Positions 24,701-35,564 of a stretch of 64,000 bases of DNA are shown here, piece by piece (within the stretch, counting starts at the first letter, position 1; the number at the start of each line of letters is the position of its first letter). The notes beneath the pieces were generated by a model. The model ran no database searches. It was not told the origin of the DNA and was given only the letters and a program-made list of their open reading frames with translations. This stretch comes from Azolla caroliniana (Eukaryota; Plantae; Polypodiophyta). A program made the position numbers and the translations under genes. The DNA lies in assembly GCA_043228905.1 (NCBI GenBank), contig JBHGNT010000010.1, positions 9,362,001-9,426,000 of the forward strand, in the 5' to 3' direction.

Positions 24701-25283
24701 TCCGCCGGCAGTAGGAACCCGCCCCCACCGATTTTGAGCTCCCGGAGCGTCCCGTCAGTGAAGGTGTGTCCTATGCAGACCGGATCTCGTAAACTGGGGT
24801 CCGACGCAACCCCTCTGATTCAGGACTCGCTGCCCTCCGGTAAGGGTGCCGTGACTGGCCTTACCTTTCGGTCCACCGTCTTGTACTTCATGCTAACCCG
24901 GGCCGTCCGATCCGACCCGAGCCCCTGACTGAAGTTCGCGATGACTTCGTACATCTCTTCGAAACATACAGGTATCGTCCGGTCTTCGTTAAGGTCTTCT
25001 CCGGCTACCTCCCTCAGCATTCCCAAGGTGTCGTCGAAGGAGACCGCCTCCACGGCTCCGCTTATTTCCTCGTCCGGGCCAAGAACTCCGCACGCTCGAA
25101 GTCACTCCTCCGCCCTTGCCTTTTCTCGGCCAACGATGCCGACCATCACACACCCTCCGTCGTTGGAGAAGCAAAATTTCCTACCTATCGTACAAGGTTT
25201 CTTCGGTTTCGGTTCTATCGTACAGCTGTGGGGTCTTTCCCGAGTGTCCGGACTACCTCGGCCCCACGCCTTGGCAGCCCTCT
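21791..25283 (-). pseudogene. D pol (RT, RNase H, IN) with a few stops and frameshifts
   Basis: ORF pieces 24820-25053, 24044-24631, 23126-24040, 22631-22972 and 21791-22588 (WFGPY). Confidence 0.92.
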
Positions 25284-25293
25284 CTAAAAATCC
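25228..25293 (-). promoter_or_regulatory. Predicted -1 frameshift signal of D (GGATTTT plus H-type pseudoknot)
   Basis: G_GAT_TTT_TAG ends gag-PR; 6-nt spacer; stems GGGCTGCC/GGTAGTCC and GTGGGG/CCCCAC; the -1 frame matches pol piece 24820-25053. Confidence 0.75.
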
Positions 25294-27400
25294 TCCCGGT
25301 TCTCGCCACCGAGGGATTCGCGGTTTCGCTCGTGGTTCGGCCGCACCATCAGAAATTGGACCGAATGGCGCCCGTCCTGGCTTTTGACCCTCGCGTAGGC
25401 CGAACCGTTGTCCAGCACCTTGGTCTCCATTCGCGCCGCCATGATGTATGGTTCCCCTAATATGACCGGGTGCGAGGACGTCTCCTGTACGAAGAAGTGT
25501 TGGTCAATCTCGACGTCGCCGATCTTGACTCGCACGTTCGGGCAGGCCCCGTGCAGTTCCTCGGTGGCGCGCGTATCTTCCACCCGTGCTTGGTGTTGAT
25601 CGGCCACTTTCCCTTCTTATAGAAGTCCACGGACATCAGGTTTATTTCCGAACCGTGGTCAACCAATGCCACCACCGGTTCCTAAACATCTCCGATCTTT
25701 ACCGGGGTCTCCGTGGTCGCTCGGGCCCAGTGTGGCCTCAAATAGTGGCTCTCTGCCCACTCATCTTCCAGCGCCAAGTCGTCGATGTGCGTCGTCCGCA
25801 CCTCCACCGGTCTTTCCGGTTCCGTCTCTGTCGACAGCCTCTTCCGCTTAACCAAGTCCACAATGGAGTCGTGGAACTCCTTCTTAGCGATCCCTAGCAC
25901 CTCCCGCAATGACAGCTCCACTTTGCTATCGAGGATTCGTTCTTCTAGGACCTTTCGTAGGTCCGTGGTCCTTTCTATTTCCGTCCCCAGTCGGTATCCG
26001 CCCTTCCTGGGGTTATCTTGCGCGCTGGACCCACCGGCATCGTTCTGTCGCTGCCCGAATCGGGTCTCGTATCGTTGTGAGGGCCCGGCCGCTCCGGCTT
26101 TCCCCACTCGTTTGTCTTCTACCAGAGCCTCGTAGTTCCGGCAGGCGACTTCTACGAAGCCCGTCTTCTCCTCGACCGGGTCACTCCACCCGGTTATTTC
26201 CCAGACCCGTCTCTCAGCGCGGTCCGCTTCATCTTTCATCAGTCGTGCGCCGGCGAGGCCTTCCAGCATTGCCGACCAGAATCCGTCTTTGCTCTCCTTT
26301 CGGGCCTCGCTGCCCCCGACCCGAATACCGGCCGACGCCGAGTAGTGGATGGCCTCCACGTGTCGGGTCGCTGCCTCTTCCATCAGTCTCTTCATACCTC
26401 CTCGCCCGTCGTTCCGGTTTAGGGCCCTTCTGGTATCGCCGACGTGCACCCGGCCTTCCCATAGGTACACCACCCGGTTCCTCAACGCCTCTGCGAAATC
26501 GCCGCAGTCCTTCCGAATGTGGCCGACGTCGTCGCACCACATGCACCTGTTCCCTGCTACCGGTCGTCGGTCACAAGCCGGTTCGCCGCCTTCCCTTCGA
26601 ATCTGGGCGATCTGGAGATCCTTTATCGCCCGCGTCAACTCCTCCAGCGCTACTCCTCCGGACGAGTCATTGACCATGCCGGTCGGAGCCGACCCGGTTT
26701 CGAGCCACTCCCGGGCTTCTGCCCTTCGCCCTTGCGGTGCCGGTTCAAGCCTCCTTGCTGTGACAAAGCCCGCACCGGCCGCCCCGTTATCGGCCCATTC
26801 TCGCCGTTTGTCGAAACGGCCACAGACTCTCTTAACTGCAGCCCAGTCAGTCGTCAGCCCGTCTTCGGTTTCCAGCAAGGAGCCGACTTGATCCCGGTCC
26901 CGCTCGTCCACCGACTTGACGAACAGTAGGACCCGGCTCATATCCAGAATGGTTCGGTCAAGCGCCGAAAGGCGCGCAAAGCGTTCTTCAAACTCCTGGA
27001 GGAGTGCCGACGCGTTTCTTCCCTTGTCGGGGGACTCCACCCATTCCATGAAGTCCCGTTTCGAAAGCCGGAGCGCGTCATCCAGCCTGTATTTTTCTAG
27101 GAGTCGGCCTTCGAACTCCACCCAGGTACGGCTCTCCGCCCGTACCTCGAGCACCTCCGCATGGATGCTCGGCATCGCCACTCGAGGGAACCCGGCAAGA
27201 CGCCTCTCTTCCGGAATGTTCCACATCAGCATTTCTGCCCCGTAGGACGCCAAATACTTCGTGGCATCCTTTCCGCTGAACCGGCCGATCATACCGACGA
27301 CCGCCTCAATGGCTCTGTCGAGGGCGCAGGTGCCCTCGCGTGCGCTCAATATCCGATCCACGGCCAAAGCCATGGCCTCTGCAAGATCCGACCCCCTCAT
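25284..27400 (-). pseudogene. D gag-protease ORF (one stop, one frameshift)
   Basis: CMWCDDVGHIRKDC knuckle, LVDHGSEINLM protease motif, ends REDF*. Confidence 0.9.
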
Positions 27401-27422
27401 CTTCTGCTCTTCTGCCGCTTCT

Positions 27423-27440
27423 TTCACGTCGGGTTCACCA
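27423..27440 (-). promoter_or_regulatory. D PBS (tRNA-Trp)
   Basis: TGGTGAACCCGACGTGAA, complementary to the plant cytosolic tRNA-Trp 3' end as I recall it (TTCACGTCGGGTTCACCA). Confidence 0.85.
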
Positions 27441-27443
27441 AGA

Positions 27444-28091
27444 TGTCGAGGTATTCCTCGCGGATGCGTGGAATGAGGCAGGGCCTCGGGGGTCTTGTAC
27501 CGAAGAGCAAGAGACAAAGGAGAAGGGAAGGGACCCACTACGTGTGGGAGTAGATTCACAGGGACACGGCCCTTCGACACAAAGATGCGAGTGGGACACC
27601 GACGCAGAGAGACACGAATGTATGTATATATATATTAACAAGGACAAACAACAAGAAGCACGAAGTCGGTTACAACCGAACAGGCCGGCGAACAGATGTC
27701 GATGCCTGTTCGTAAACGCTTAGAAAGAAAGGAGTAGGTGGGAGGTGCTGCCGGAAGCACTCGGACATTCCTCAGAGCAGCGCGAGCCTCCCCGAAACCC
27801 TGCACAGAAAGAAGCTACGGAGTATGGAAGAGAGAGAAGCCTTCGGTCCACAACCCGACAGCACTTCGTCCTCTCTCCGCGCGATCCCTTTTTCCTCCTC
27901 CTCGTCTCCCTCCTTTTATAAGCAAGAAGGGAGCCGTTTCCCATTAACTTCCTATCTACCGAATCTACCTACCTAGGATCTTCCATGTCCCTAATTCTCT
28001 CTTATGTACAACATAAGGCGTACTTGCATGGAGGGCCGGTTCCCATGCTTCGGTGCACCAATTCCGCTTGTGGACGGTTTTCTTCACGACA
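27444..28091 (-). repeat. D 5' LTR
   Basis: Element-sense TGTCGTGAAG...TACCTCGACA. Confidence 0.95.
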
Positions 28092-28095
28092 ACGT

Positions 28096-29505
28096 CATCT
28101 CTATTAGCCAACAATCCGGAAAATTCTTTTCTTCTTGGGACCCTGTGGTCGCGATCCGTAGAATATCACTGTCGGGAAAGTCATCATCTTGTCGCAACGC
28201 ATTATCACCATTGTCTATTGTGCTTAAGAAATCAGCTACGGCATGTTGTGTACCCGGCCGATGTTGAATCACGAAGTCAAACTCTTGGAGCAACAGAATC
28301 CATCTGGCCAGCTTCCTTGTCAACGTTTGCTTCTCGACCAGGTAGAGTAATGTCGTGTGGTCTACGTGAAACGTAAATTTCTGCCCGAGTAGATAATGTC
28401 GGAATTTGTTGATGTTGTAGATCATACCCAAGTCTTCACGCTCGGTCATGGAATAGTTCTGTTCAGCATCTAATAACTTACGACTTGCGTAATAAACTGC
28501 TCGGTACCAATTAGGCTCTGTGACCTCCATCAATGCACTGCCTATTGCGATATCTGAGGCATCTACAAATACGTGAAAAGGTTTCGTCCAATCTAGTGGT
28601 TGTACGACTGGTGCTTGGGTTAGCATTATCTTCAGTGCCTCATACACTTTGTCTTCTACTGTCGTCCACTTGAAAGGAGTATGGTGTACGACGGCGTGTA
28701 ATGGAGTCACGAAATCCGCCAAGTATCGTAACATATGGTTGTACCACCGTATTTGCCCTAAGAAGCGACTAAGGGCTTTGGCATTACTCAGGGTCTTCGC
28801 TTCAATGATTGATGTGATTTTGTCAGGGTCTACTGCTATCCCCTCCTTGCTTACTATATGTCCGAGGAGTGCTCCGTTGGTGACCCCAAATGCACATTTC
28901 ACCGAATTAAGATTGAGGCGTGATGTACGGCAACATTCCAAAAAAAGTTGTAGATGCCCTAAATGCGCACCTTGCCTTTCATACACCTCAAAGTCGTCGA
29001 GAAAAAATTGCATAAATGCGGGTATATATTCTCCAAAAATCTCTGTAATTGGTCGCTAGAAAGTGTAGGGCGCCGTTTTCAGACCAAACATCATTACTAC
29101 GACAACGAACACGCCCCAGTCCATGACGAACGTGGTCTTCTCTTGGTCGTCAGGGTGCATGCGCACTTGATTGTATCCCCTGAAACATCCAAAAAACTAT
29201 CCATGTCATGGCCTGCGATAGCGTTTAGTACGCTATCTGTAAAAGGTAACAGAAACACATCTATAATTGTTACAGCGTTTTGCTTACAATAATCCACACA
29301 AACACGTATTTTCCCATTTTTCTTCAGCACCATGACTATTGGACTCAGCCATGTGGCCTATTTTATTGGCCGAATGAATCCTGTTGTCAATGGTTTGTCA
29401 ATTTCTTCTTTTACGCGAGCCGCGTAATTCGGGTTCATTCGATAGCGTCGTTGTTGCACAAGTTTTGCGTTGGTGGACAAGTTGATCTTGTGTTGATAAA
29501 ACTTT
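28096..29505 (-). pseudogene. C RT-RNase H remnant
   Basis: KKNGKIRVCVDY, FLDDFEVY, FHVFVDASD. Confidence 0.9.
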
Positions 29506-29854
29506 TGTAAAAGAATACGTTGTGTGGAAGCGTGTGCGTACGACACAGAGTGCACAGTTCGGAGGAATAAGATAGTTCGGTAAAACACAGAAAACGCAGA
29601 GATGGATATGGAGGGGGAGAGACAAAGTAAGCAGATAACAGAAACTTAGATTCAAAAATAATGCTTTGTACATACACCGTGCTCAATGAGCACCTTTTAT
29701 ACAAGCCCTGACTATCGGGCTAACACAAGTACTGACAGTACTTGAATGCACATAAATGAGCCTGCTACACTAACTCCCAAAATTATTCCTTACGAGGAAT
29801 ACCATACTAACGGCCTTCCGGTTTACACACCGATACGGCCACGTTATGCGTACT

Positions 29855-31443
29855 TGTTGTCCGCTGGAATAGTAACCGACGGACAAGAGCGCAGGAATAC
29901 GGAATAGTATACTATTGTAACACATGTAATGGTTCATGCGAGAAGCGTGAACGGCTGAAAGACCCTGCGTATATAAAGGGTAGAAAACCTCTGATAGAGG
30001 GAGCGTGTAATTTTGAATGTAAGAGACGTATTGTAATAGAATTCTATCTTCTCTAATATCTGTGTGTAGCTACAGCTAATCTATTGTGTGTCTGTAACAC
30101 TTGAGAGCGTAGGAGTAAGTAACGGTGTGTGTATTAGCCCACTGTCAAAGGAGCTCGGTTGTAGTCGTCTCCCCTATACGTTGCTAGGTTATGGGGAACA
30201 TCCCACTAAGTATTACGCATTGTTCGACCTAGACCTCCAAGTGACTGTGTGACAACGAATGGTAGCGTCTGTGCATAATACTTAGTGGGATGTTCCCCGT
30301 AACCTAGCAGCGTATAGGGGAGACGGCTACAACCGAGCTCCTTTGACAGTGGGCTAATACACACACCGTTACTTACTCCTACGCTCTCAGGTGTTACAGA
30401 CACACAGTAGATTAGTCGTAGCTACACACAGATATCAGGTGTTGTCCGCCGTAATAGTAACCAACGGACAAGAGCGCAGGAATACGGAATAGTATAATAT
30501 TTTAACGCATGTAACGGTTCACGCAAGAATCGTGAACGGCTAAAAGACCCTACGTATATAAAGGACAGTGTAACCTCTGCCCAAGAGGAACCCCATCTAC
30601 CGGAGCATACGCTATCGGCCGATCACACGGAGAACGTTGCGGACCAAGCGGAACCACAACCCCACTCCCAGAGCGTACAACGACGGCCGACACCACGAAG
30701 GAAGTGATGGATGCGACAAAGCCGTGGATGACCACAAGCCCGCCGTCGGCTGAGCCAAACCCCCTAGCCCACGAAGAGCCCATAGAACCCAAGCCGGCCA
30801 CACAGGACGATCACGACACCATGAGAAGCCCTCCCGACCAAATAGGGGAACCACACCACGATGCACGTACGGGCCCTATGTCGTCCCCAGACGCGGACAC
30901 CGTAGCAAAGCCAAACATCAGGGGCATTTTGGAAGAAGAGTAAAGGGATGGGTCCAACGTGCCATGGCACTGTCCCACAGGTGTGTCAGGTGTTGTCCGT
31001 CGGAGTAGTAATCGACGGACAAGAGCGCAGGAATACGGAATAGTATAATATTGTAACGCATGTAACAGTTCACGCGGGAAGCGTGAACGGCTAAAAGACC
31101 CTGCCTGCGTATATAAAGGGCAGAAAACCTCTGATAGAGGGAGCGTGTAATTTTGAATGTAAGAGACATATCGTAATAGAATTCTATCTTCTTTGATATC
31201 TGTGTGTAGCTACAGCTAATCTACTGTGTGTCTGTAACACCTGAGAGCGTAGGAGTAAGTAACGGTGTGTGTATTAGCCCACTGTCAAAGGAGCTCGGTT
31301 GTAGTCGTCTCCCCTATACGCTGCTAGGTTACGAGGAACATCCCACTAAGTATTACGCACAGACGCTACCATTCGTTGTCACACAGTCACTTGGAGGTCT
31401 AGGTCGAAGGACTGACCATAGACCATGTTCCTAGTTGGTAACA
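29855..31443 (+). mobile_element. Element J: small non-coding rearranged LTR element related to C
   Basis: TSD GTACT at 29850-54 and 31444-48; complete LTR 30991-31443; partial LTRs 29855-30219 and 30440-30580; inverted LTR piece 30223-30437. Confidence 0.88.
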
Positions 31444-31878
31444 GTACTATTTTACGCACCCAATCCATGCACTAGGTTACGCACCGTATTACACACTCAA
31501 TGTTGAGCTTGTCACTCAACACTCCCCCTCAAGCTCAACTTGAGGTTCCGCCTACTCCGTTGGATCTACGCTCTGGCTTCTCTTGGCTCCACGCCTCACT
31601 CACACTCCTCGACCCGTTCGGTTCCGCGTGCCTCAACCCTTTCGATCGGCTTGTTTGCTCACACGGCCCTTCTCAGCTTCCTTGCTGTTGCGGTGTTGGC
31701 GCCTCTTCTGCTACCTTCTCTTCCGCTTGGCCCTTGGTTGATTCAGCGTATCCGAATCAAACATCCAAACCGACTTGGCTTCCTCCGATCGGTTTATGCT
31801 CTCGTCCGAGTTGGTTGTCTCCAACTTGTCTTCAGTCTTTAGGCCCCTAACAACATCCGACCACGTCTTAGTCTTGGC

Positions 31879-34798
31879 CTAATCTCCCCCTGTTCTGGTT
31901 GTCCTCGGCTCCTTCTTATGCTTACGGCCCTTGTATCCGTCTTCGGCTTCTTCAACCGGTTCGAAGTCGAATTCTCCATCCGACTCCACATCTCGGTCAC
32001 TTCCACCGTGATGCTTACCTCCGCTCCTTTCACGCTCTGGTCCCTGACCTTCCTCTGGTCCCTGATCTTCCTCTCTCCCCCTCAAGTGCGGCGTGTAGAG
32101 GTGATGCAACCCAAGCGCACCCGAGAAATGCCGCAACTTGTCGAGACCAAGAGGCTTTGTGAAGATGTCGACAACTTGTCGATCAATCGAAACATGCACT
32201 AGTTCGACTTCACCTGAAAGGACCCGCTCAATAACAAAATGGTAATGCACCTCAATGTTCTTGGTCCGGGCGTGAAAGACGGGGTTCTTCGCAAGGTGGA
32301 TACTGCTGAGGTTGTCATAATAGATCGTCATCGGATCAGACACCTCTACGTGCAGATCCCGTAATAGCCGTTTTAGCCAAATGACTTCGCATGTAGCGAC
32401 AGTTTCCCCTTGATATTCGGCCTCCATGCTCGACAGTGCTACTGTCGGCTGCTTTTTGCTGCTCCACGCGATCGCCGCACTTCCTAACGAGAATGCGTAT
32501 CCATATGTGGATTTACAATCACTAGCATTTCCGGCCCATTCGGCATCCGTGTAGCCGACTAACTATTTGGCTATGCCTACCCAATAAAATAACGCCATGT
32601 CTTTCGTGCCGCTGACATAACGTAGTATCTGTTGCACGCACATAAAGTGTTCGGCCATAGGCTGCGACATGAATTGACTGATTAAGCCGACCGGGTAGCT
32701 AAGATCCAGACAAGTAATCGTCAAATAGATAAGGCTCCCGACAATCTGTCGGAACAGTGTTGGATCGCACACCTTGCCCAAAGTTGGGCGAAACTTCACG
32801 TTTCTATCCAGAGGGGTCAAGATGGGCTTATAGCTTGCCATCCCGAACTTGAAGAGCACATTCAGCACGTAATGACGTTGGTTGATCAATATGCCTTTGG
32901 GGGTACGGATCACTTCGATCTCGAGGAAGTAATGAAGGTCCCTGAGATCCTTTATTTCAAACGATGCCGCAAGCTGAGACTTCACGCGGCGGATTTCATC
33001 AAGGTCGGCATCGGCGATGACTAAATCATCAACGTACAAGAGTAGGTTGACCGGTCCATATTGTCCTTGCCAAACAAATAGAGAAGAGTTTGATTTTGAC
33101 GACGCAAACCCCATCCTACACAAGTGTTGCGTAATCTTTGCGTTCCAAGCTCACGGGGCTTGCTTTAGTCCATATAAGGATTTCTTCAATCGGCAAACTG
33201 CCGAGGTGTTTTGTTCGGATAGAAATCCGAGGGGTTGTACCATGTACACTTGTTCCTCAAGATCACCTTGCAGGAACACATTATTTACATCCATTTGATG
33301 TAAGTGCCACCCCTTTGCCGCTGCTACCGCAAGCAAAACACAGATGGTCGTCATCTTCGCGACAGGCGCAAAGGTCTCATCATAGTCCACGTTGTGCTTC
33401 TGTGCATAGCCTTTTGCTACTAAACGGGCCTTGTAGTGGTTGATGGAGCCGTCTGTATTGTGTTTCACTTTATACACCCACCGGCAGCTGATCGGCTTCA
33501 CACCCTTTGGTGCGTCCACCAGGTCCCATGTCTCGTTCTGCGTTAAGGCGCGCATCTCTTCCTCCATTACGGCACGCCAATTTGTGTCCTTCGTCGCTTC
33601 TGCGTAGCTCTCCAGCTCACACACTTCCGCCACTCGCGTCATGTACGCGTAATGGTGTGCCATGTACTCATTATACTTGTATCTCTTTACGGGGTTCTTC
33701 TAGCGGGTGGATCAACGTAATTTGTGACTACCCGATTTCGTGACCTTTACGGTCGATTTCGACCTCTTCCATGGAGGTTCCTTCTCGACTGGCTCGAGGT
33801 CAAATTCGCTTCGAACTAACTCGGGCACTACCGAAATCGTATTCTGGCGTCTTCATCTTCCCCTTCTCCTTGCGCGTAAACCGTCTCCTCGGTGCTTTAC
33901 ACAGGGATATTACGGCCGAGTCTCCACTACTCACCGTTTCATCATCTAGGTGGTCATCTCGACCCAACACCTCATTCGGCCCGCTTAGCTGAAATGAGAT
34001 CGGACTCTCTCTCAGAGCTCCGATTTCTTCATCGTGCAGAGGCATTTCAGCCTCACTGATTTCTTCTTCAAAAATCGGATTGGAGGTGAGGTCCGGAGTT
34101 GGAGGCAAGTACCAGGACGCGGACTCGTCAAACACAACGTCGTGGGTTACACGCGCTTGTTTGTTGCGTGGGTTATAACACTTATAACCCTTCTGCTCGT
34201 CTGAATAGCCGACCAAGATACACTTCTCGGCTTTCGCATTCAGCTTCCTCCATTTCTCCTTCGGCACGTACACATACACGATGCTGCCGAAAATCCTCAA
34301 GTGTGCCAAGTTCAGCTTCTTCCCGAAGTACAACTCATGTGGCGACAGTCCTCCATTAGCAGAAGTCCGATTTTGCAGGTAGACAGCCGTCTTTATGGCT
34401 TCAGCCCAATAGAATTTTGGCATATGCTTCTCTTCAAGCATTGCCCTGGCTGCTTCTTCAATTTTCCGATTCTTCCGCTCGGCCACACTGTTCTGATGCG
34501 GCTTGTATCTACACGAGAATTCACGTCGAATTCCCTCCTTCTGTAGATAACATGTGAACTAGTCAGAGAAGTACTCCTTCCCGCCATCGGACTGTAGGCA
34601 TTTGATCTTACGCCGCGTTTCCCTTTCCACAAGGCTCTTCACCTTCAGAAAACATGCGAAGACTTCACTCTTCTTCTCAATCATGCATGCCCACGTGTGC
34701 CGAGTGAAGTCATCGATGAAGGTTACAAAGTAACGGCTTCCACCGAGACTCACGTTCTGTGTCGGACGCCACACATCCGAGTGGATCAAATCCAGCGG
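31879..34798 (-). pseudogene. K IN-RT-RNase H remnant
   Basis: [32 protein letters not shown]. Confidence 0.92.
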
Positions 34799-34803
34799 AC
34801 TTC

Positions 34804-35535
34804 TGTTGGTAGACAGGTCCCTCCGGATGGGAAGGGAGAAGAACAGTGCCGACGAACAAACTTGGCCGAGGCCGACAGGCCTCGGCCGAAACGGTATGAA
34901 CCGAATGGGGAGAACCCGACTTCGGAGAGTCGGATGGTGTAGGCCCGGTATGAACCGGGTGAGGAGTACCCGACTGTGGAGAGTCGGATGGTGTAGGCCC
35001 GGTATGAACCGGATGAGGAGTACCCGACTGCGGAGAGTCGGATGGTGTAGTCCCGGTATGAACCGGATGAGGAGTACCCGACTACGGAGAGCCGGATAGA
35101 GCCCATCGAGGCTACATTTGTAAATAGCCGAAAAGTCATATTAGTATAAATATGACTTAGGGCAAACTTTTAGTTTGTGTGTGGTGTTGTGATTCTTTGT
35201 TGTTGGAGCAAGAAGAAATCAGAGCATGTAACTGTACAGAGAGAGAGAGAGAGAGAGACGAGGTCGTAGCCTCTGTTGTAACCGCCGCCTGTGGCGAAGA
35301 TCCGAGAGCACGAGGTCGTTGCCTCAGTGATCTCACTGTTGTAAATTCCTACATAGTGACAGTTTGCAGCTTGTGGGCCGCCGTGGTTTTTCCCCTATTT
35401 TGGGGTTTTCCACGTATACCTCCTGTGTACCATTTCTCCTCTTTTGTGTTGCGTTTCGTTACCTGTTTTTCTGTGTATGTAAAGAATCTCGGTTGTGGCC
35501 AAGCGTCGGACATAAGGAACGTCAAGTTCTCAACA
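34804..35535 (+). repeat. L 5' LTR
   Basis: TGTTG...CAACA; repeat of 39637-40368. Confidence 0.96.
34892..35097 (+). repeat. 4 x 54-bp tandem repeat in L U3 (also at 39725-39930)
   Basis: CGGTATGAACCG at 34892, 34946, 35000 and 35054. Confidence 0.92.
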
Positions 35536-35536
35536 G

Positions 35537-35548
35537 TGGTATCAGAGC
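35537..35548 (+). promoter_or_regulatory. L PBS (tRNA-iMet)
   Basis: TGGTATCAGAGC. Confidence 0.95.
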
Positions 35549-35564
35549 AAGATCGACACAGAAA

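Larger units (their letters stand above)
21070..28091 (-). mobile_element. Element D: full-length (mutated) Gypsy of a tRNA-Trp-primed lineage, possibly Phygy-like
   Basis: 648-bp LTRs (about 13 differences), 4-bp TSD ACGT at 21066-69 and 28092-95, RT LPQGGTNSVAHM..FLDDIPIKG. Confidence 0.95.

Noticed and set aside
25682-27580. Gag N-terminal extension starting at 27580
   Set aside because: It lies in the LTR and PBS; comparison with G points to ATG 27400
21611-27723. Many + strand ORFs of 100-250 aa over D
   Set aside because: Antisense shadows of GC-rich coding sequence with no recognisable motifs
34892-35097. CRISPR-like or coding repeat (ORFs 34806-35099, 34786-35139)
   Set aside because: A 54-bp LTR tandem repeat; the ORFs are by-products of a unit length divisible by 3
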